A stretch of 64,000 bases of DNA from Bacillales bacterium (GTDB lineage: Bacteria; Bacillota_I; Bacilli_A; RFN20; CAG-826). How positions within the stretch are numbered: position 1 is the first letter of the stretch; each line of letters begins with the position of its first letter. The position numbers were made by a program, and so were the translations under genes. This document shows, piece after piece, positions 49,158-60,118 of the stretch. Where the stretch lies: contig JBQMZB010000002.1 in assembly GCA_052171195.1 (NCBI GenBank), positions 1,276 through 65,275 of the forward strand, given 5' to 3'. Under the pieces are notes generated by a model, which saw nothing but the letters and a program-made list of their open reading frames with translations, made no database searches and was not told the DNA's origin.

Positions 49158-49290
49158 TAAAAAATATATTAAAGATTAATAATAATTTATATTGAGTTCT
49201 AATTAAAAATATAGTAGTATTATATCAGTTGATTAAATCAATGTTGTAGGATGCCTCAGGGCGTTCTTATTTTTTTAAAAGGGAGCGATT

Positions 49291-49749
49291 GTGGAATCAA
49301 TAAATGTAGTAAAAGACAAAATTGAATCAAAACTAAATTCTATGGGTTATTCCCTCTATTCTTTTAAAATTATTAATGGAAAAGAAAAAATTCTAGAAAT
49401 AATTATAGATAGAGAAGAACCGATTGATTTAGATTCTATTAGTATAGTAAGTGAAGAAATTAATAATTTATTAGATAATAATGATTTTATTAATGAATCT
49501 TATCTTCTTGATATCTCATCCTTAGGAGTTGAGAAACCAATAGATATTTCTAATTTTAAAAAATATATAAATAAATATATCAATATTCATTTATTAAATC
49601 CTTATGAAGGGGAAAGTTATATTGAGGGATATTTAACTAATGTTGAAGAAAATTATATAACCTTGCAATATTTTAAAAAAGGAAGAAAAGTGAATATAAA
49701 TTTTGAAAAAAATAATATTGATAAAGCGCGTTTAGCAATTAAATTTTAG
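49291..49749 (+). CDS. rimP: Ribosome maturation factor RimP
   Basis: GTG start with RBS AAGGGAG; 152 aa; position immediately upstream of nusA. Confidence 0.75.
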   Translation: MESINVVKDKIESKLNSMGYSLYSFKIINGKEKILEIIIDREEPIDLDSISIVSEEINNLLDNNDFINESYLLDISSLGVEKPIDISNFKKYINKYINIHLLNPYEGESYIEGYLTNVEENYITLQYFKKGRKVNINFEKNNIDKARLAIKF

Positions 49750-49757
49750 GAGAATAT

Positions 49758-51539
49758 ATGAATAAAAATAGCAAACAATTCTTAGAAGCGATTAGTAGTC
49801 TTGTTGAAACAAAAGGTTTAAGTGAAGAAATTATAGTTCAAGCACTTGAAACATCTTTTAAATCCACTTTTAATAAGAAATTATCTGATGATTTATTAAT
49901 TATTAATAAAGCTAAAAGAAATAAAGGGAAAAAAGATTCTAATATCAAAATCGATAAAACAAATAAACTTCCAGACGCATTGATTGATTGTTTTATTGAT
50001 CTTAAAAAAGGAAAAATTAAAATTGTTAGAAAATGGGAAATCGTTAAAGAAGATGATTTAGAAGATGATTTTATCCAAATTAGTGATCTTGATGAAAGAG
50101 TTGCATCTAACAAGAAATTAAAACTAGGTGATTTTTTCGAAGAACCTTTAGACTATACAACCTTAACTAAAGGTTATGTTGAAAAATTTATTTCAACTTA
50201 TAAACAAATTATTACTCTTGCTGAAAAAGAAAGTGTTTTATCAATGATTGAACCAATTATAGGTAAACTCACTACTGTTGAAGTTGATAAATGTGATAAA
50301 CACTCTGTTATCGTTAACTTGAATAAAACAACTGTTACAATGTATCGTAAAGATTTAATTGGTAAAGAAGATTTTAAACAAGGTGAAAATATTAAAGTTT
50401 ATGTATGCGGAATCTTAAAAGATGCTGCCAAAGGTAATAGCCTTATTCATTGCTCAAGAACCTGTCCTGAATTTTTAGGCAAATTATTTGAAAATGAAGT
50501 TCATGAAATTTATGATGGTACAGTAAAAATCGCAAAGATTGCACGTGTTGCAGGACAAAGAAGTAAAGTTGCTGTTTATAGTGAAGATAGTAATGTCGAT
50601 GCAACTGGAGCATGTATTGGAGCTAACGGCGGAAGAATTCAAGCTGTTGTTTCTCAATTAGGAAATGATAGAAATAGTAAAGAAAAAATAGATGTTATTG
50701 AATATAGTGAAAATGTTGGAGTTCTTTTAAGAGAAGCGTTAAAACCAGGTCAAGTTATCGGTATCAAAATAGATAATACCCCAAACGGAGACATTGCAAC
50801 AGTAGTATGCACTAACGAAACTAAACAAGCTGCAATTGGCTTAAAAGGAATCAATGTTATTTTATCTAAACAACTTACTGGCTTAAAAGAAATAAACATT
50901 ATAGATGAAACAGAAGCAGAAGAAAATAAAGTTAATTACACTTTAATGGAAGTCTTTGAAGAAGAAGCAAAAGAACTCTTAAAGAATAAATTCAGGGAAA
51001 GATCATTAGAATACGCTAAGAAAAATTATGGTGATATTGAGATAATCGATACAGCCAAAACTGAAAATGTCAGTATTAAAGATGAAATTGAAGAAGAAAT
51101 TGAATCGCCTGTTTCTGAACAATTAGTAGAAAAAGAGTTAGAAACTAGTAAAGAACAAGTTGATAATAAAAAAATTGAAGAAGAAATTGAAGAAGAAATT
51201 AAAGTAGCTCCAGTTAAGAAAACTAAGGTTGAAGAACCTGTTGAATATCACGAAGTTAAAACTACTACAACATTAGATGAATTAGAAGCATCACTTGAAT
51301 CAGTTAAAAATAGTGATAAAAACCAAAAAAATAAATTTAATAAAAAGAAAAAGAAAGCATCAACTAACAATGATGATGATTCATCAATATTAAGTAATGT
51401 CAAAAGTGCTGAAAAAATGTCTATTTATACTGAACAAGAGTTAGAAGAATTAGAACAAGATGACGATTTTGATTTTGATCTTGATGATGAAGATGATTAT
51501 TCAGATTATGACACAGATGAATATTACGAAGATAACTAG
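49758..51539 (+). CDS. nusA: Transcription termination/antitermination factor NusA with about 200 aa acidic low-complexity C-terminal tail
   Basis: N-terminal domain, S1 and two KH regions (GxxG: CIGANGGRIQA, AIGLKGINV), then an EEIEEEIE/DDEDD-rich tail. Confidence 0.9.
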   Translation: MNKNSKQFLEAISSLVETKGLSEEIIVQALETSFKSTFNKKLSDDLLIINKAKRNKGKKDSNIKIDKTNKLPDALIDCFIDLKKGKIKIVRKWEIVKEDDLEDDFIQISDLDERVASNKKLKLGDFFEEPLDYTTLTKGYVEKFISTYKQIITLAEKESVLSMIEPIIGKLTTVEVDKCDKHSVIVNLNKTTVTMYRKDLIGKEDFKQGENIKVYVCGILKDAAKGNSLIHCSRTCPEFLGKLFENEVHEIYDGTVKIAKIARVAGQRSKVAVYSEDSNVDATGACIGANGGRIQAVVSQLGNDRNSKEKIDVIEYSENVGVLLREALKPGQVIGIKIDNTPNGDIATVVCTNETKQAAIGLKGINVILSKQLTGLKEINIIDETEAEENKVNYTLMEVFEEEAKELLKNKFRERSLEYAKKNYGDIEIIDTAKTENVSIKDEIEEEIESPVSEQLVEKELETSKEQVDNKKIEEEIEEEIKVAPVKKTKVEEPVEYHEVKTTTTLDELEASLESVKNSDKNQKNKFNKKKKKASTNNDDDSSILSNVKSAEKMSIYTEQELEELEQDDDFDFDLDDEDDYSDYDTDEYYEDN

Positions 51540-51549
51540 GTAAAAAAAT

Positions 51550-51816
51550 ATGAAAAAAATTCCATTAAGAAAATGTTTAGCATCAAATATGGTTTATCCA
51601 AAAAAAGAACTTTTTAGAGTTGTTATAACACCAGAAAAAAGTGTCCTTTTAGATGTTACTGGAAAAATTAATGGAAGAGGTGCATATATTCATATGGATA
51701 AAGATTCTGTTGATATTGCTAAAAAAACTAAATGTTTAGATAAAGCATTAAAAACAGAAATACCAGAAAAAATATATATTAAAATGATGTATTATATAGA
51801 AAATGGAGGAGTATAA
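51550..51816 (+). CDS. ylxR: YlxR/RnpM family RNA-binding protein (DUF448)
   Basis: PLRKCLASN...GRGAYIH motif; 88 aa between nusA and infB. Confidence 0.75.
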   Translation: MKKIPLRKCLASNMVYPKKELFRVVITPEKSVLLDVTGKINGRGAYIHMDKDSVDIAKKTKCLDKALKTEIPEKIYIKMMYYIENGGV

Positions 51817-53645
51817 TGAAAGATAAAAATTTTGAACGTGAGACTAATATTAGTTATAAGAAAAATAAACCTAAAAAAACAGCAAAGGTAAATAATGGGG
51901 TCTTTATTTATACAACTTCATTAACTGTTGCGGAATTAGCTAAAAAAATTGATGTACAACCTAGTGATATAATTAAAAAATTATTTTTAAAGAAAAAACT
52001 AGTTACTATTAATCAATACCTTGATGATGAAACTATTGGTGAATTATGCTTAGAATTTGGCTATGATTTTAAAAAAGAAGAAGTTGTTGACGCTGACAAT
52101 TTTGAAAATATTGTTATTGAAGATAATCCTAAAGATTTAGTTAGCAGACCTTCAGTTGTTACCATTATGGGTCACGTAGATCATGGTAAAACTACTTTAA
52201 TCGACGCTATTAGAAATAGTAATTTAACTGCCGGGGAATTTGGTGGTATTTCTCAAGAAATCGGTGCATACCAAAAATCTTTTAAAAATCATAAAATAAC
52301 ATTTATTGACACACCTGGGCATAGTGCGTTTAGTGCTATGAGAGCAAGAGGAGCAAGTGTCACCGATATTGTAATTTTAGTTGTAGCTGCTGATGATGGT
52401 GTTATGCCTCAAACAGTAGAAGCAATTGATCACGCTAAAGCAGCTGGTGTTCCTATTATTGTTGCAGCTAATAAGATAGATGCTCCAGGAAGCAATCCTA
52501 AAAAAGTAATCGAACAATTAATGATGCATGACGTAATATCTGAAGAATATGGTGGTGATGTTATGGTATGTAATATCAGCGCTAAAAAGAAAGAAGGAAT
52601 AGATAATTTATTAGATTGTGTCTTACTTCAAGCAGAAATGTTAGAATTAAAAGCTAATCCAAAACGTTTCGCTTTAGGAACAGTTTTAGAAGCAGAATTA
52701 GATAAAGGAGAAGGTCCAAAAGCAACTTTACTTATCCAAAATGGTACTTTGACAAATAAAGATTTTGTTATTGTTGGTACTACTTATGGTAAAGTTAGAA
52801 GAATGACTAATGAATTTTCTCAAGTTATTAAAACCGCTGGTCCTTCAACTCCTGTAAGTGTAATCGGATTATCTGAAGTTCCTTTAGCAGGTGATAGATT
52901 TATCGCTGTTAATGATGAAAAACAAGCTAAAGATATCGCTGAAAGAAGAAAATTGAAAAAAATTGATGAAGAACGTAAGAATACTGCAAGTATTTCTTCT
53001 TTGGAAGATGTTTATAAAAAAATTAATGAAGATAATATGACAACAATTAATATTGTTTTAAAAGCAGATTCTACAGGTAGTGCTGAGGCAGTTAAAACAA
53101 GTTTAGAAAAATTAAATAATGATAATGTTAAGATTAACACTATCCGTGCAGCAGCTGGTTCTATTAGTGAAAGTGATATTTTACTTGCAAGTGCTTCAAA
53201 AGCGATTGTATACGGATTTAATGTAAGACCATCCGCAATGATTAAAAAGAAAGCGGAAGAAGAACACGTTGAAATAAGATTACATCGTATTATTTATGCT
53301 TTAATAGAAGAAATGCAAGATGCTATAAAAGGTATGCTAAAAAAAGAAGAAGTTGAAAAAGTTACAGGTCAAGCAGAAGTTAGAAACGTATTTAAAGTAA
53401 CAAAAGTAGGTTTAATTGCTGGTTCTTATGTTATAGATGGCACTATTAAACGTGATTCTTTATGTCGTGTTTTAAGAGATGGTGCTATTGTTTATGAAGG
53501 AAAAATTGATAATCTAAAAAGATTTAAAGATGATGCAAAAGAAGTAGCTACTGGTTTTGAATGTGGTATCAAAATCGAAAACTATAATGATGTTAAAGAA
53601 AATGATATTATTGAAACATATGAAATGGTAGAAAAAAATGGCTAA
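51816..53645 (+). CDS. infB: Translation initiation factor IF-2
   Basis: G-domain [19 protein letters not shown]; C-terminal beta-barrels; 609 aa. Confidence 0.95.
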   Translation: MKDKNFERETNISYKKNKPKKTAKVNNGVFIYTTSLTVAELAKKIDVQPSDIIKKLFLKKKLVTINQYLDDETIGELCLEFGYDFKKEEVVDADNFENIVIEDNPKDLVSRPSVVTIMGHVDHGKTTLIDAIRNSNLTAGEFGGISQEIGAYQKSFKNHKITFIDTPGHSAFSAMRARGASVTDIVILVVAADDGVMPQTVEAIDHAKAAGVPIIVAANKIDAPGSNPKKVIEQLMMHDVISEEYGGDVMVCNISAKKKEGIDNLLDCVLLQAEMLELKANPKRFALGTVLEAELDKGEGPKATLLIQNGTLTNKDFVIVGTTYGKVRRMTNEFSQVIKTAGPSTPVSVIGLSEVPLAGDRFIAVNDEKQAKDIAERRKLKKIDEERKNTASISSLEDVYKKINEDNMTTINIVLKADSTGSAEAVKTSLEKLNNDNVKINTIRAAAGSISESDILLASASKAIVYGFNVRPSAMIKKKAEEEHVEIRLHRIIYALIEEMQDAIKGMLKKEEVEKVTGQAEVRNVFKVTKVGLIAGSYVIDGTIKRDSLCRVLRDGAIVYEGKIDNLKRFKDDAKEVATGFECGIKIENYNDVKENDIIETYEMVEKNG

Positions 53646-53970
53646 TCGTGGTGAAAGAATTAAATCTATAATTTCAAAAAATATTAAAGAAATTTGTGAA
53701 TTTGAACTTAAAAATGAAAGTATTGACTTTTTTACTATAACAGATATTGATGTAAGTGATGATTATAGTTACGCAAAAGTATTCGTTTCATTTTTCCAAA
53801 ATAAACAAAACAATATTGATAGATTAAATCGTGCAAAAGGTTATGTTAGATCATCTCTTGCTAAAAAAATGGATACTAGAAGAGTTCCGCAAATTAATTT
53901 TATTTTAGATGATAGCATGGAAAAGCAACAAGAGTTTGAATCCTTTATTGAAAGAATAAAAAATAAATAA
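53638..53970 (+). CDS. rbfA: Ribosome-binding factor A
   Basis: 110 aa, overlaps the infB stop; canonical position. Confidence 0.85.
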   Translation: MANRGERIKSIISKNIKEICEFELKNESIDFFTITDIDVSDDYSYAKVFVSFFQNKQNNIDRLNRAKGYVRSSLAKKMDTRRVPQINFILDDSMEKQQEFESFIERIKNK

Positions 53971-53974
53971 AATA

Positions 53975-55105
53975 TTATTTAATTTTATTATTAACTTTTA
54001 AGATTAAAGTGTTGTTATCTAATATAAAATTTAACTTTTTAAACTCTTGTAAATAAATAATATTATTTGAAGTTATTATATAAGGGTTATATTTAAAATA
54101 TAAAATGTTTATTATTTCTTTTACAAAATAATAGACATTTTTTTTATCATTAATTTTCTTAATATCAATTTTAAAAATCCTATTTTCTATATTTTCATAT
54201 AAATATATTAATCCTATTATTTTATTATTTTCATAAAAAATTAGATGTTTTAAATCATTATTTATTTCGTAATTCTTATTATCAAAGTAATTAATTTCTT
54301 CTATTAAATCATTATAAAAACGTACAATTTTAAAATATATATCGCTATTTTCTAATTTAATTTCTTGATGTGAAAAAAATAAATCTAACTTATCATAATT
54401 TAATAACATATTTTCAAAATTTGATTGACTAGTTGAATAGTTTTTATATATATCTTTTAATACATTTTTAATATCTTCTCTTTTGGTTTTTTTATCATTT
54501 GGGCAATTCGATAAAAACAATGGAATATTTTCTTCTTCACAAAGAAGTTTTAAATCATCTTCATTAGTTAAAATTAGAGGTCTTATAAAGGTGATATTAT
54601 CTTTTGAAAGGTGCATTTTTGGTGAAAATGTTTCTATTTTTCCACCATATATTTGATTTAATAATAAAGTTTCTAAAGCATCATCAACATGATGTCCAAA
54701 AGCTACCTTATTGCAATTAATTTTTTGAGAATAATTATCAATTATAGATTTTTTCATTTTTGAACAAATTGAACAAGAAAGTAAATTTGTCTTATTTATT
54801 TGCTGATGTTCTTTTAAAATACTATATACATCTCTGCCATCTATTATCTCTAAATTATAATTTTTAGAAGAAAAATATTTTTTTATTTCTTTAAAATCAT
54901 TGTTAGGAAAACCTAAATCTATTAAACAAGGGAAGATTTCATAATCTATTTTACTATATCTTTTATACATATCTAATAAATAAAATAAAGACATACTATC
55001 TTTTCCGCCTGATATACCGATACAAATCTTGTCTTGAGAATTGATTAAATTAAAGTTTTTATCTGCTTTTTTAACTTGTGAGAGAAGTTTTCTAATAATT
55101 TTCAT
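53975..55105 (-). CDS. PP-loop ATPase of the TtcA/TtuA family (tRNA 2-thiolation) with C-terminal extension
   Basis: PP-loop SGGKDS, paired Cys motifs CSICS and NCPND, central AFGHHVDDALETLLLNQIYGG and IRPL blocks, as in TtcA. Confidence 0.65.
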   Translation of the reverse strand: MKIIRKLLSQVKKADKNFNLINSQDKICIGISGGKDSMSLFYLLDMYKRYSKIDYEIFPCLIDLGFPNNDFKEIKKYFSSKNYNLEIIDGRDVYSILKEHQQINKTNLLSCSICSKMKKSIIDNYSQKINCNKVAFGHHVDDALETLLLNQIYGGKIETFSPKMHLSKDNITFIRPLILTNEDDLKLLCEEENIPLFLSNCPNDKKTKREDIKNVLKDIYKNYSTSQSNFENMLLNYDKLDLFFSHQEIKLENSDIYFKIVRFYNDLIEEINYFDNKNYEINNDLKHLIFYENNKIIGLIYLYENIENRIFKIDIKKINDKKNVYYFVKEIINILYFKYNPYIITSNNIIYLQEFKKLNFILDNNTLILKVNNKIK

Positions 55106-55149
55106 AAGTATTTTACTTTCTTTTTGATTATATCATCTATATAATAAAC

Positions 55150-56070
55150 ATGGTAAAAAATATGGAAGTAATTAAATTTAAAAGTTATAAAGATATAAAC
55201 TTAAACATTGATAATTTATCAATTATATTAGGATGTTTTGATGGTATTCATGTTGGTCATAGAAACTTAATTGAATTTGCTAAATTTGATAAAAATGATA
55301 ATCCCTTGGCTATCGTAACTTTTTCTGAATCATTATCTTGTGATAAAAAATGTTTAACAAGTGTTGAACAAAGAATTAATTTATTGAGTTCTTTAGATGT
55401 TGATTATTTATTTATCGTTGAATGTGATGAAGATTTTTTTAAGTTATCTTATATCGATTATATTAACAAGTTTTTAAAAAAAATTAATCCATCCACAATT
55501 TATTTAGGTAAAAATTTTAGATTTGGTTTAAATGATCAAGGTGATATCTATGATTTAAAACTTAATTTTAACAATGTTAAAGCCTTAGATTATGTTAAAG
55601 ATAATTGTAACAATATAATAAGTAACTCTATTATCAAAGAAAAAATCTTAATTGGTGAAGTTGAAGAAGCAAATTTACTTTTAGGAAGAAAATTTTCTAT
55701 TAAAGGAGAAATTATTAAAGGTTTAGGTAATGGAACTAAAATAGGATTTAAAACTGCTAATTTATATTTAAATTTACCTTATGTAATTCCGAAAAATGGA
55801 GTATATATTACCAAAGTAGAAATTGATGGCACTTTTTATAATTCAATAACAAATATAGGCTTTCATCCTTCAATTGATAAACTTGATAAAATATCAATAG
55901 AAACACACATTTTAAATTTTGATAAAGATTTATATAATAAAAAAATAAATTTATATTTTTATAAGTATTTAAGAGATGAAAAACAATTTTTAAATCTTAA
56001 TGACCTTATTAAACAAATAGAATTAGATATTAAAGAAGCTGATAATTATTTTAAATATAAGAATAAATAA
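55150..56070 (+). CDS. ribF: Bifunctional riboflavin kinase / FMN adenylyltransferase
   Basis: N-terminal GCFDGIHVGH (nucleotidyltransferase) and a C-terminal riboflavin kinase block; 306 aa. Confidence 0.8.
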   Translation: MVKNMEVIKFKSYKDINLNIDNLSIILGCFDGIHVGHRNLIEFAKFDKNDNPLAIVTFSESLSCDKKCLTSVEQRINLLSSLDVDYLFIVECDEDFFKLSYIDYINKFLKKINPSTIYLGKNFRFGLNDQGDIYDLKLNFNNVKALDYVKDNCNNIISNSIIKEKILIGEVEEANLLLGRKFSIKGEIIKGLGNGTKIGFKTANLYLNLPYVIPKNGVYITKVEIDGTFYNSITNIGFHPSIDKLDKISIETHILNFDKDLYNKKINLYFYKYLRDEKQFLNLNDLIKQIELDIKEADNYFKYKNK

Positions 56071-56229
56071 TTAATAAATATTAGAAACCTTACAATTTTT
56101 ATAAAATATTTTTAAATTCTTGTTTGATTTTACGTATTAAAAATGTATAATTAATTGTACGTTTTACCAAGGTTTTGAAAATCCCAACCAATTCCATAGT
56201 TAAACGCTTATATATTAGAAAGGGAAAAT

Positions 56230-56496
56230 ATGATTACAAAAGAAAACAAAATTAAGTTAGTTAAAGAATTTGGAAAAAACGAAAAAGACACAGGAAGTGT
56301 TGAATTCCAAATTGCATTATTAACTCAACAAATCAAAGATCTTACCGAACACGTTAAAAATAATGGTAAAGATAGTATCGCTCGCAGAGGATTACTTATC
56401 AAAGTCGGTAAAAGAAAATCTTTATTAAGGTATCTTGAAAGAACTAATCGTGATTCTTACATTGAAGTCTTATCAAAATTAGGATTAAGAAAATAA
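56230..56496 (+). CDS. rpsO: 30S ribosomal protein S15
   Basis: DTGSVEFQIALLTQQIKDLTEHVKNNGKDSIARRGLLIKVGKRKSLLRYL, canonical S15. Confidence 0.95.
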   Translation: MITKENKIKLVKEFGKNEKDTGSVEFQIALLTQQIKDLTEHVKNNGKDSIARRGLLIKVGKRKSLLRYLERTNRDSYIEVLSKLGLRK

Positions 56497-56520
56497 ACTT
56501 CTGAAAAGAAGTTTTTTTAT
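56496..56520 (+). terminator. Rho-independent terminator after rpsO
   Basis: Hairpin AACTTC-TGAAA-AGAAGTT plus T7. Confidence 0.6.
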
Positions 56521-56562
56521 TTGCTAGTTATTTTATAGTATTTTTATGGTATTATTTTACAT

Positions 56563-58311
56563 ATGAATTCAACTTTTAATTCATTAAAAAAATACAAAAA
56601 AGAGGTTATCCTTGGCCCATTTTTTAAAACATTTGAAGTTATTTTTGAACTATTAATACCTTTTTTTGTAAAAATAATGATTGATAAAGGAATTCCTTTA
56701 GCCAAAAATAATGATTATTCATTACTTATTAAAAATGGTTTAATTGTTTTAACTTTTGTTATTTTTGGTTTTTTTTCAACCTTAATTTGTCAATATTTTT
56801 CTTCTGTTGCAAGCCAAGGTTATGGTACTAATTTAAGAAATGAAGTTTTTAGAAAAATAAGTAATGTTAAAACTGAAGAATTTATTAATTTTGGTAAAGG
56901 TAATTTATTAAATTTAATTAATAATGATATAAATCATCTTCAATTAGCGGTCGCTATGTTGATTAGACTTGTTATAAGAGCTCCTGCATTGGTAATAGGT
57001 AGTTTAATCTGTACATTTTTTATAAATAAGATAATTATGTTGTTTTATTTATTAATTATTATAATTGTATCTATTTTTTTATTTATAATTTTTAAGCTTA
57101 ATTCAAAAAAATATTTTAAATTACAAGAAAGAAATGATGAAATTGCAATAAAAACTAGTGATGTTGTCAAAGGATTAAAATTTATAAAAAGCTATAATAA
57201 AGAAGAATATGAATATAATGATTATAAAAAAAGATCACTTGGATATTTAAAAGAAACATATCTCTCTTCATTTTTTAACTCTCTTTTAAATCCTTTTAAT
57301 TTATTTATTATAAATATAGCCATTATATTAACTTTTTATTTAATTTTTAAAAAGATAGATAATATAGATTTAAATATTTCTAAAGGAAGTATTATTGCTT
57401 TAGTTACTTATTTAAATCAAATTTTAATTGCTTTAATAGTAGTAAATAATTTGATTGTTATATTTAATAAGGCTTATGTTTCTAAAAAAAGAGTTAATAA
57501 TTTTTTAAATAACGCTAAAGAAGAAGATTATTTAGACGGAATTAAAACATTTAAAAATGAATCTAAATATATATTAGAATTTAAGGATGTATGTTTTAGT
57601 TATAAAAATAATGATAATTATGTTTTAAAAAATATTAATTTTAAAGTTAAAAATAAAAGCAATATAGGAATAATTGGTGGTACCGGAAGTGGGAAATCTT
57701 CTATTATTAAATTAATAGATAGATTATATAATCCTTCTAAAGGAGAAATTTTATATTATAATATCCCAATTAATCAAATAAATCTTAATGAATATAGAAA
57801 ACAAATTTCTATTGTTTTTCAAAATAGTTTTTTATTAAACACATCAATAAAAGAAAATTTAATGATGGATAATTTGGATTTAAGTGAAGAAGAAATTTTA
57901 AATACATTAGATAAAACTTCATCAAAAAAATTTGTTTTAAATTATGATGACAAATTAAATCATGAATTATCAATGAATGGTAATAATTTATCAGGAGGTC
58001 AAAAGCAAAGATTATCAATTAGTAGAGCTCTCCTTAAAAAAGCCAATTTAATTATTTTTGATGATTGTGATAATGCATTAGATTATATTACAGCAAGTAA
58101 AATAAGAGATAATTTATTTAAAGAAAAATCTTTAACTAAAATATTCGTTTCCCAAAGAATTGAAACAATATTGAATTGTGATGAAATTATCGTCTTAGAT
58201 AAAGGTCAAATAGTATCAACTGGTAATCATGAATATCTAATAAATAACTGTCCAGTTTATAAAGAAATTTATGATTCTCAAAAGAAGGATTTAATCAATG
58301 AAGATATTTAA
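56563..58311 (+). CDS. ABC exporter, fused permease-ATPase (type I exporter, half-transporter 1)
   Basis: 6-TM N-terminal domain; Walker A GGTGSGKSS, signature LSGGQKQRLS, Walker B IIFDD. Confidence 0.8.
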   Translation: MNSTFNSLKKYKKEVILGPFFKTFEVIFELLIPFFVKIMIDKGIPLAKNNDYSLLIKNGLIVLTFVIFGFFSTLICQYFSSVASQGYGTNLRNEVFRKISNVKTEEFINFGKGNLLNLINNDINHLQLAVAMLIRLVIRAPALVIGSLICTFFINKIIMLFYLLIIIIVSIFLFIIFKLNSKKYFKLQERNDEIAIKTSDVVKGLKFIKSYNKEEYEYNDYKKRSLGYLKETYLSSFFNSLLNPFNLFIINIAIILTFYLIFKKIDNIDLNISKGSIIALVTYLNQILIALIVVNNLIVIFNKAYVSKKRVNNFLNNAKEEDYLDGIKTFKNESKYILEFKDVCFSYKNNDNYVLKNINFKVKNKSNIGIIGGTGSGKSSIIKLIDRLYNPSKGEILYYNIPINQINLNEYRKQISIVFQNSFLLNTSIKENLMMDNLDLSEEEILNTLDKTSSKKFVLNYDDKLNHELSMNGNNLSGGQKQRLSISRALLKKANLIIFDDCDNALDYITASKIRDNLFKEKSLTKIFVSQRIETILNCDEIIVLDKGQIVSTGNHEYLINNCPVYKEIYDSQKKDLINEDI

Positions 58312-60013
58312 TATATTTTTTAAAAAAACATTTTATTTTTTAATTATTATAATAATATCTAGTTTATTATATATAATTTCTTCTTTATATATTCCTTTTA
58401 TCATCGGTAAAATAATCGATAGTATCTTTATAAATGACTCAAAACTTTTAACTTATATTTTAATCTATTTATTTATTCTTTTAATTTCAACTTTATTTAA
58501 TTTTATTTTCGAATATGTTTTATATATTTATGTTGAGAAGATATCAAAATACCTTAAGGATAAATTATTTCATAAAATTTTAAATTTAAAAGTAAGTAAT
58601 ATCGATAATATTAAAGAATCAAAACTATCATCAATAATAATAAATGATGTTGATAATTTTACTACAGCAATTAGATCTTTTTTCAAGAATTTTATAAACG
58701 GAATCCTTACTTTAATAATTACTTTTATTTTAATGTTTTATATTAATTATTTATTAGCGTTAATTGTATTGATATTAACTCCAATTGCTTTATTATCTAG
58801 TTATAAAATAGCGAAAAAAAGCGTTAAATATTATAAAAGATGTGCAGAATTAAATGATAAATTGATGATTTTATCAAATGAAAATATTAATAATAATTAT
58901 TTGATAAAATCATATAATTACCAAAATATATTAAATAATAAATATAATAAAATTAATGATGAATTAAATAAAAATGGACAAAAAGCTCAGTTTATCTCAA
59001 GTCTTGTTAATCCTTCTACGAGATTGATTAATAATTTTATATATATCTTATTAACATTTGTTGGTTGTTTTTTAGTAGTTTTAAATTTTAAGAATTTTTC
59101 CATAGGATTATTAAGTGCCTTCCTTCAATATGCAATGAAGTTTTCAAAACCATTAAACGAAATTTCATCCTGCATCAATGAAATAGAGTTAGGCTATACC
59201 TCATATCAAAGAATTAATAATATTTTAGAAGAAGGTGATGAATTAAACTCGAATAAAAATATTTTTATTAAAGATGATATAAAAACTATTGAGTTTAAAG
59301 ATGTCAGTTTTTCTTATGATAATAAACGTAATGTTATAAAATCATTGAATTTTACTATCCATAAAGGAGAAAAAATAGCAATAGTAGGACCAACTGGGAG
59401 TGGGAAGACCACTATTATTAATTTAATATTAGGTTTTTATGAACCTTGCAAAGGAAAAATATTAATAAATAATGAGGATATAAGTCAAGTTAATATTCAT
59501 AACTATCGAACTTTTTTTAAAACTGTCTTGCAAGAAAGTTGGATTTTTCATGATTCCGTTATAAATAATATTACTTATGGACTTGATTCATATTCGCTAA
59601 ATGAAGTAGTTGATGCATGTAAAAAAGTTAGTAGTTATGAATTTATCAATAGATTACCTAATAAATTTAATAGTGTTATAGATGAACATTTAAATTTATC
59701 AATTGGTGAAAAACAGTTAATAAATATTTCAAGAGCTATTTTAAATAAACCAGAAATTTATATTTTTGATGAAATGACTTCAAATATAGACACAAGAAAT
59801 GAAATTAAAATAATGAATTCTTTTTTCAATATTATGAAAACAAATACATCAATTATTATTGCCCATAGATTATCTACGATTAAAAGCTGTGATAAAATTT
59901 ATTTTGTTAAAGATGGAGAAATAATAGAGCAAGGAACCCACCAAGAATTATTAAATAAAAAAGGTAATTATTATAAAATGTATAACTCGCAATTTAAATT
60001 ACATTCTAAATAA
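58298..60013 (+). CDS. ABC exporter, fused permease-ATPase (half-transporter 2; likely heterodimer partner)
   Basis: Walker A GPTGSGKTT, degenerate signature LSIGEKQLI, Walker B IFDEMTS; overlaps the upstream gene. Confidence 0.8.
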   Translation: MKIFNIFFKKTFYFLIIIIISSLLYIISSLYIPFIIGKIIDSIFINDSKLLTYILIYLFILLISTLFNFIFEYVLYIYVEKISKYLKDKLFHKILNLKVSNIDNIKESKLSSIIINDVDNFTTAIRSFFKNFINGILTLIITFILMFYINYLLALIVLILTPIALLSSYKIAKKSVKYYKRCAELNDKLMILSNENINNNYLIKSYNYQNILNNKYNKINDELNKNGQKAQFISSLVNPSTRLINNFIYILLTFVGCFLVVLNFKNFSIGLLSAFLQYAMKFSKPLNEISSCINEIELGYTSYQRINNILEEGDELNSNKNIFIKDDIKTIEFKDVSFSYDNKRNVIKSLNFTIHKGEKIAIVGPTGSGKTTIINLILGFYEPCKGKILINNEDISQVNIHNYRTFFKTVLQESWIFHDSVINNITYGLDSYSLNEVVDACKKVSSYEFINRLPNKFNSVIDEHLNLSIGEKQLINISRAILNKPEIYIFDEMTSNIDTRNEIKIMNSFFNIMKTNTSIIIAHRLSTIKSCDKIYFVKDGEIIEQGTHQELLNKKGNYYKMYNSQFKLHSK

Positions 60014-60118
60014 CAAAATAATAATCAAATTTATGAATAAATACTATTTTTCATAGAAAATAAACCATAAAAGTTGTATCATTAATTGATTGAAATTATA
60101 AATGAGGAAAAACGAATT

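Noticed and set aside
48974-49195. 73 aa plus-strand ORF (MVELSAVNRSVVGSS...)
   Set aside because: It lies entirely across the tRNA-Asn and tRNA-Glu genes and their terminator; an ORF-finder artefact.
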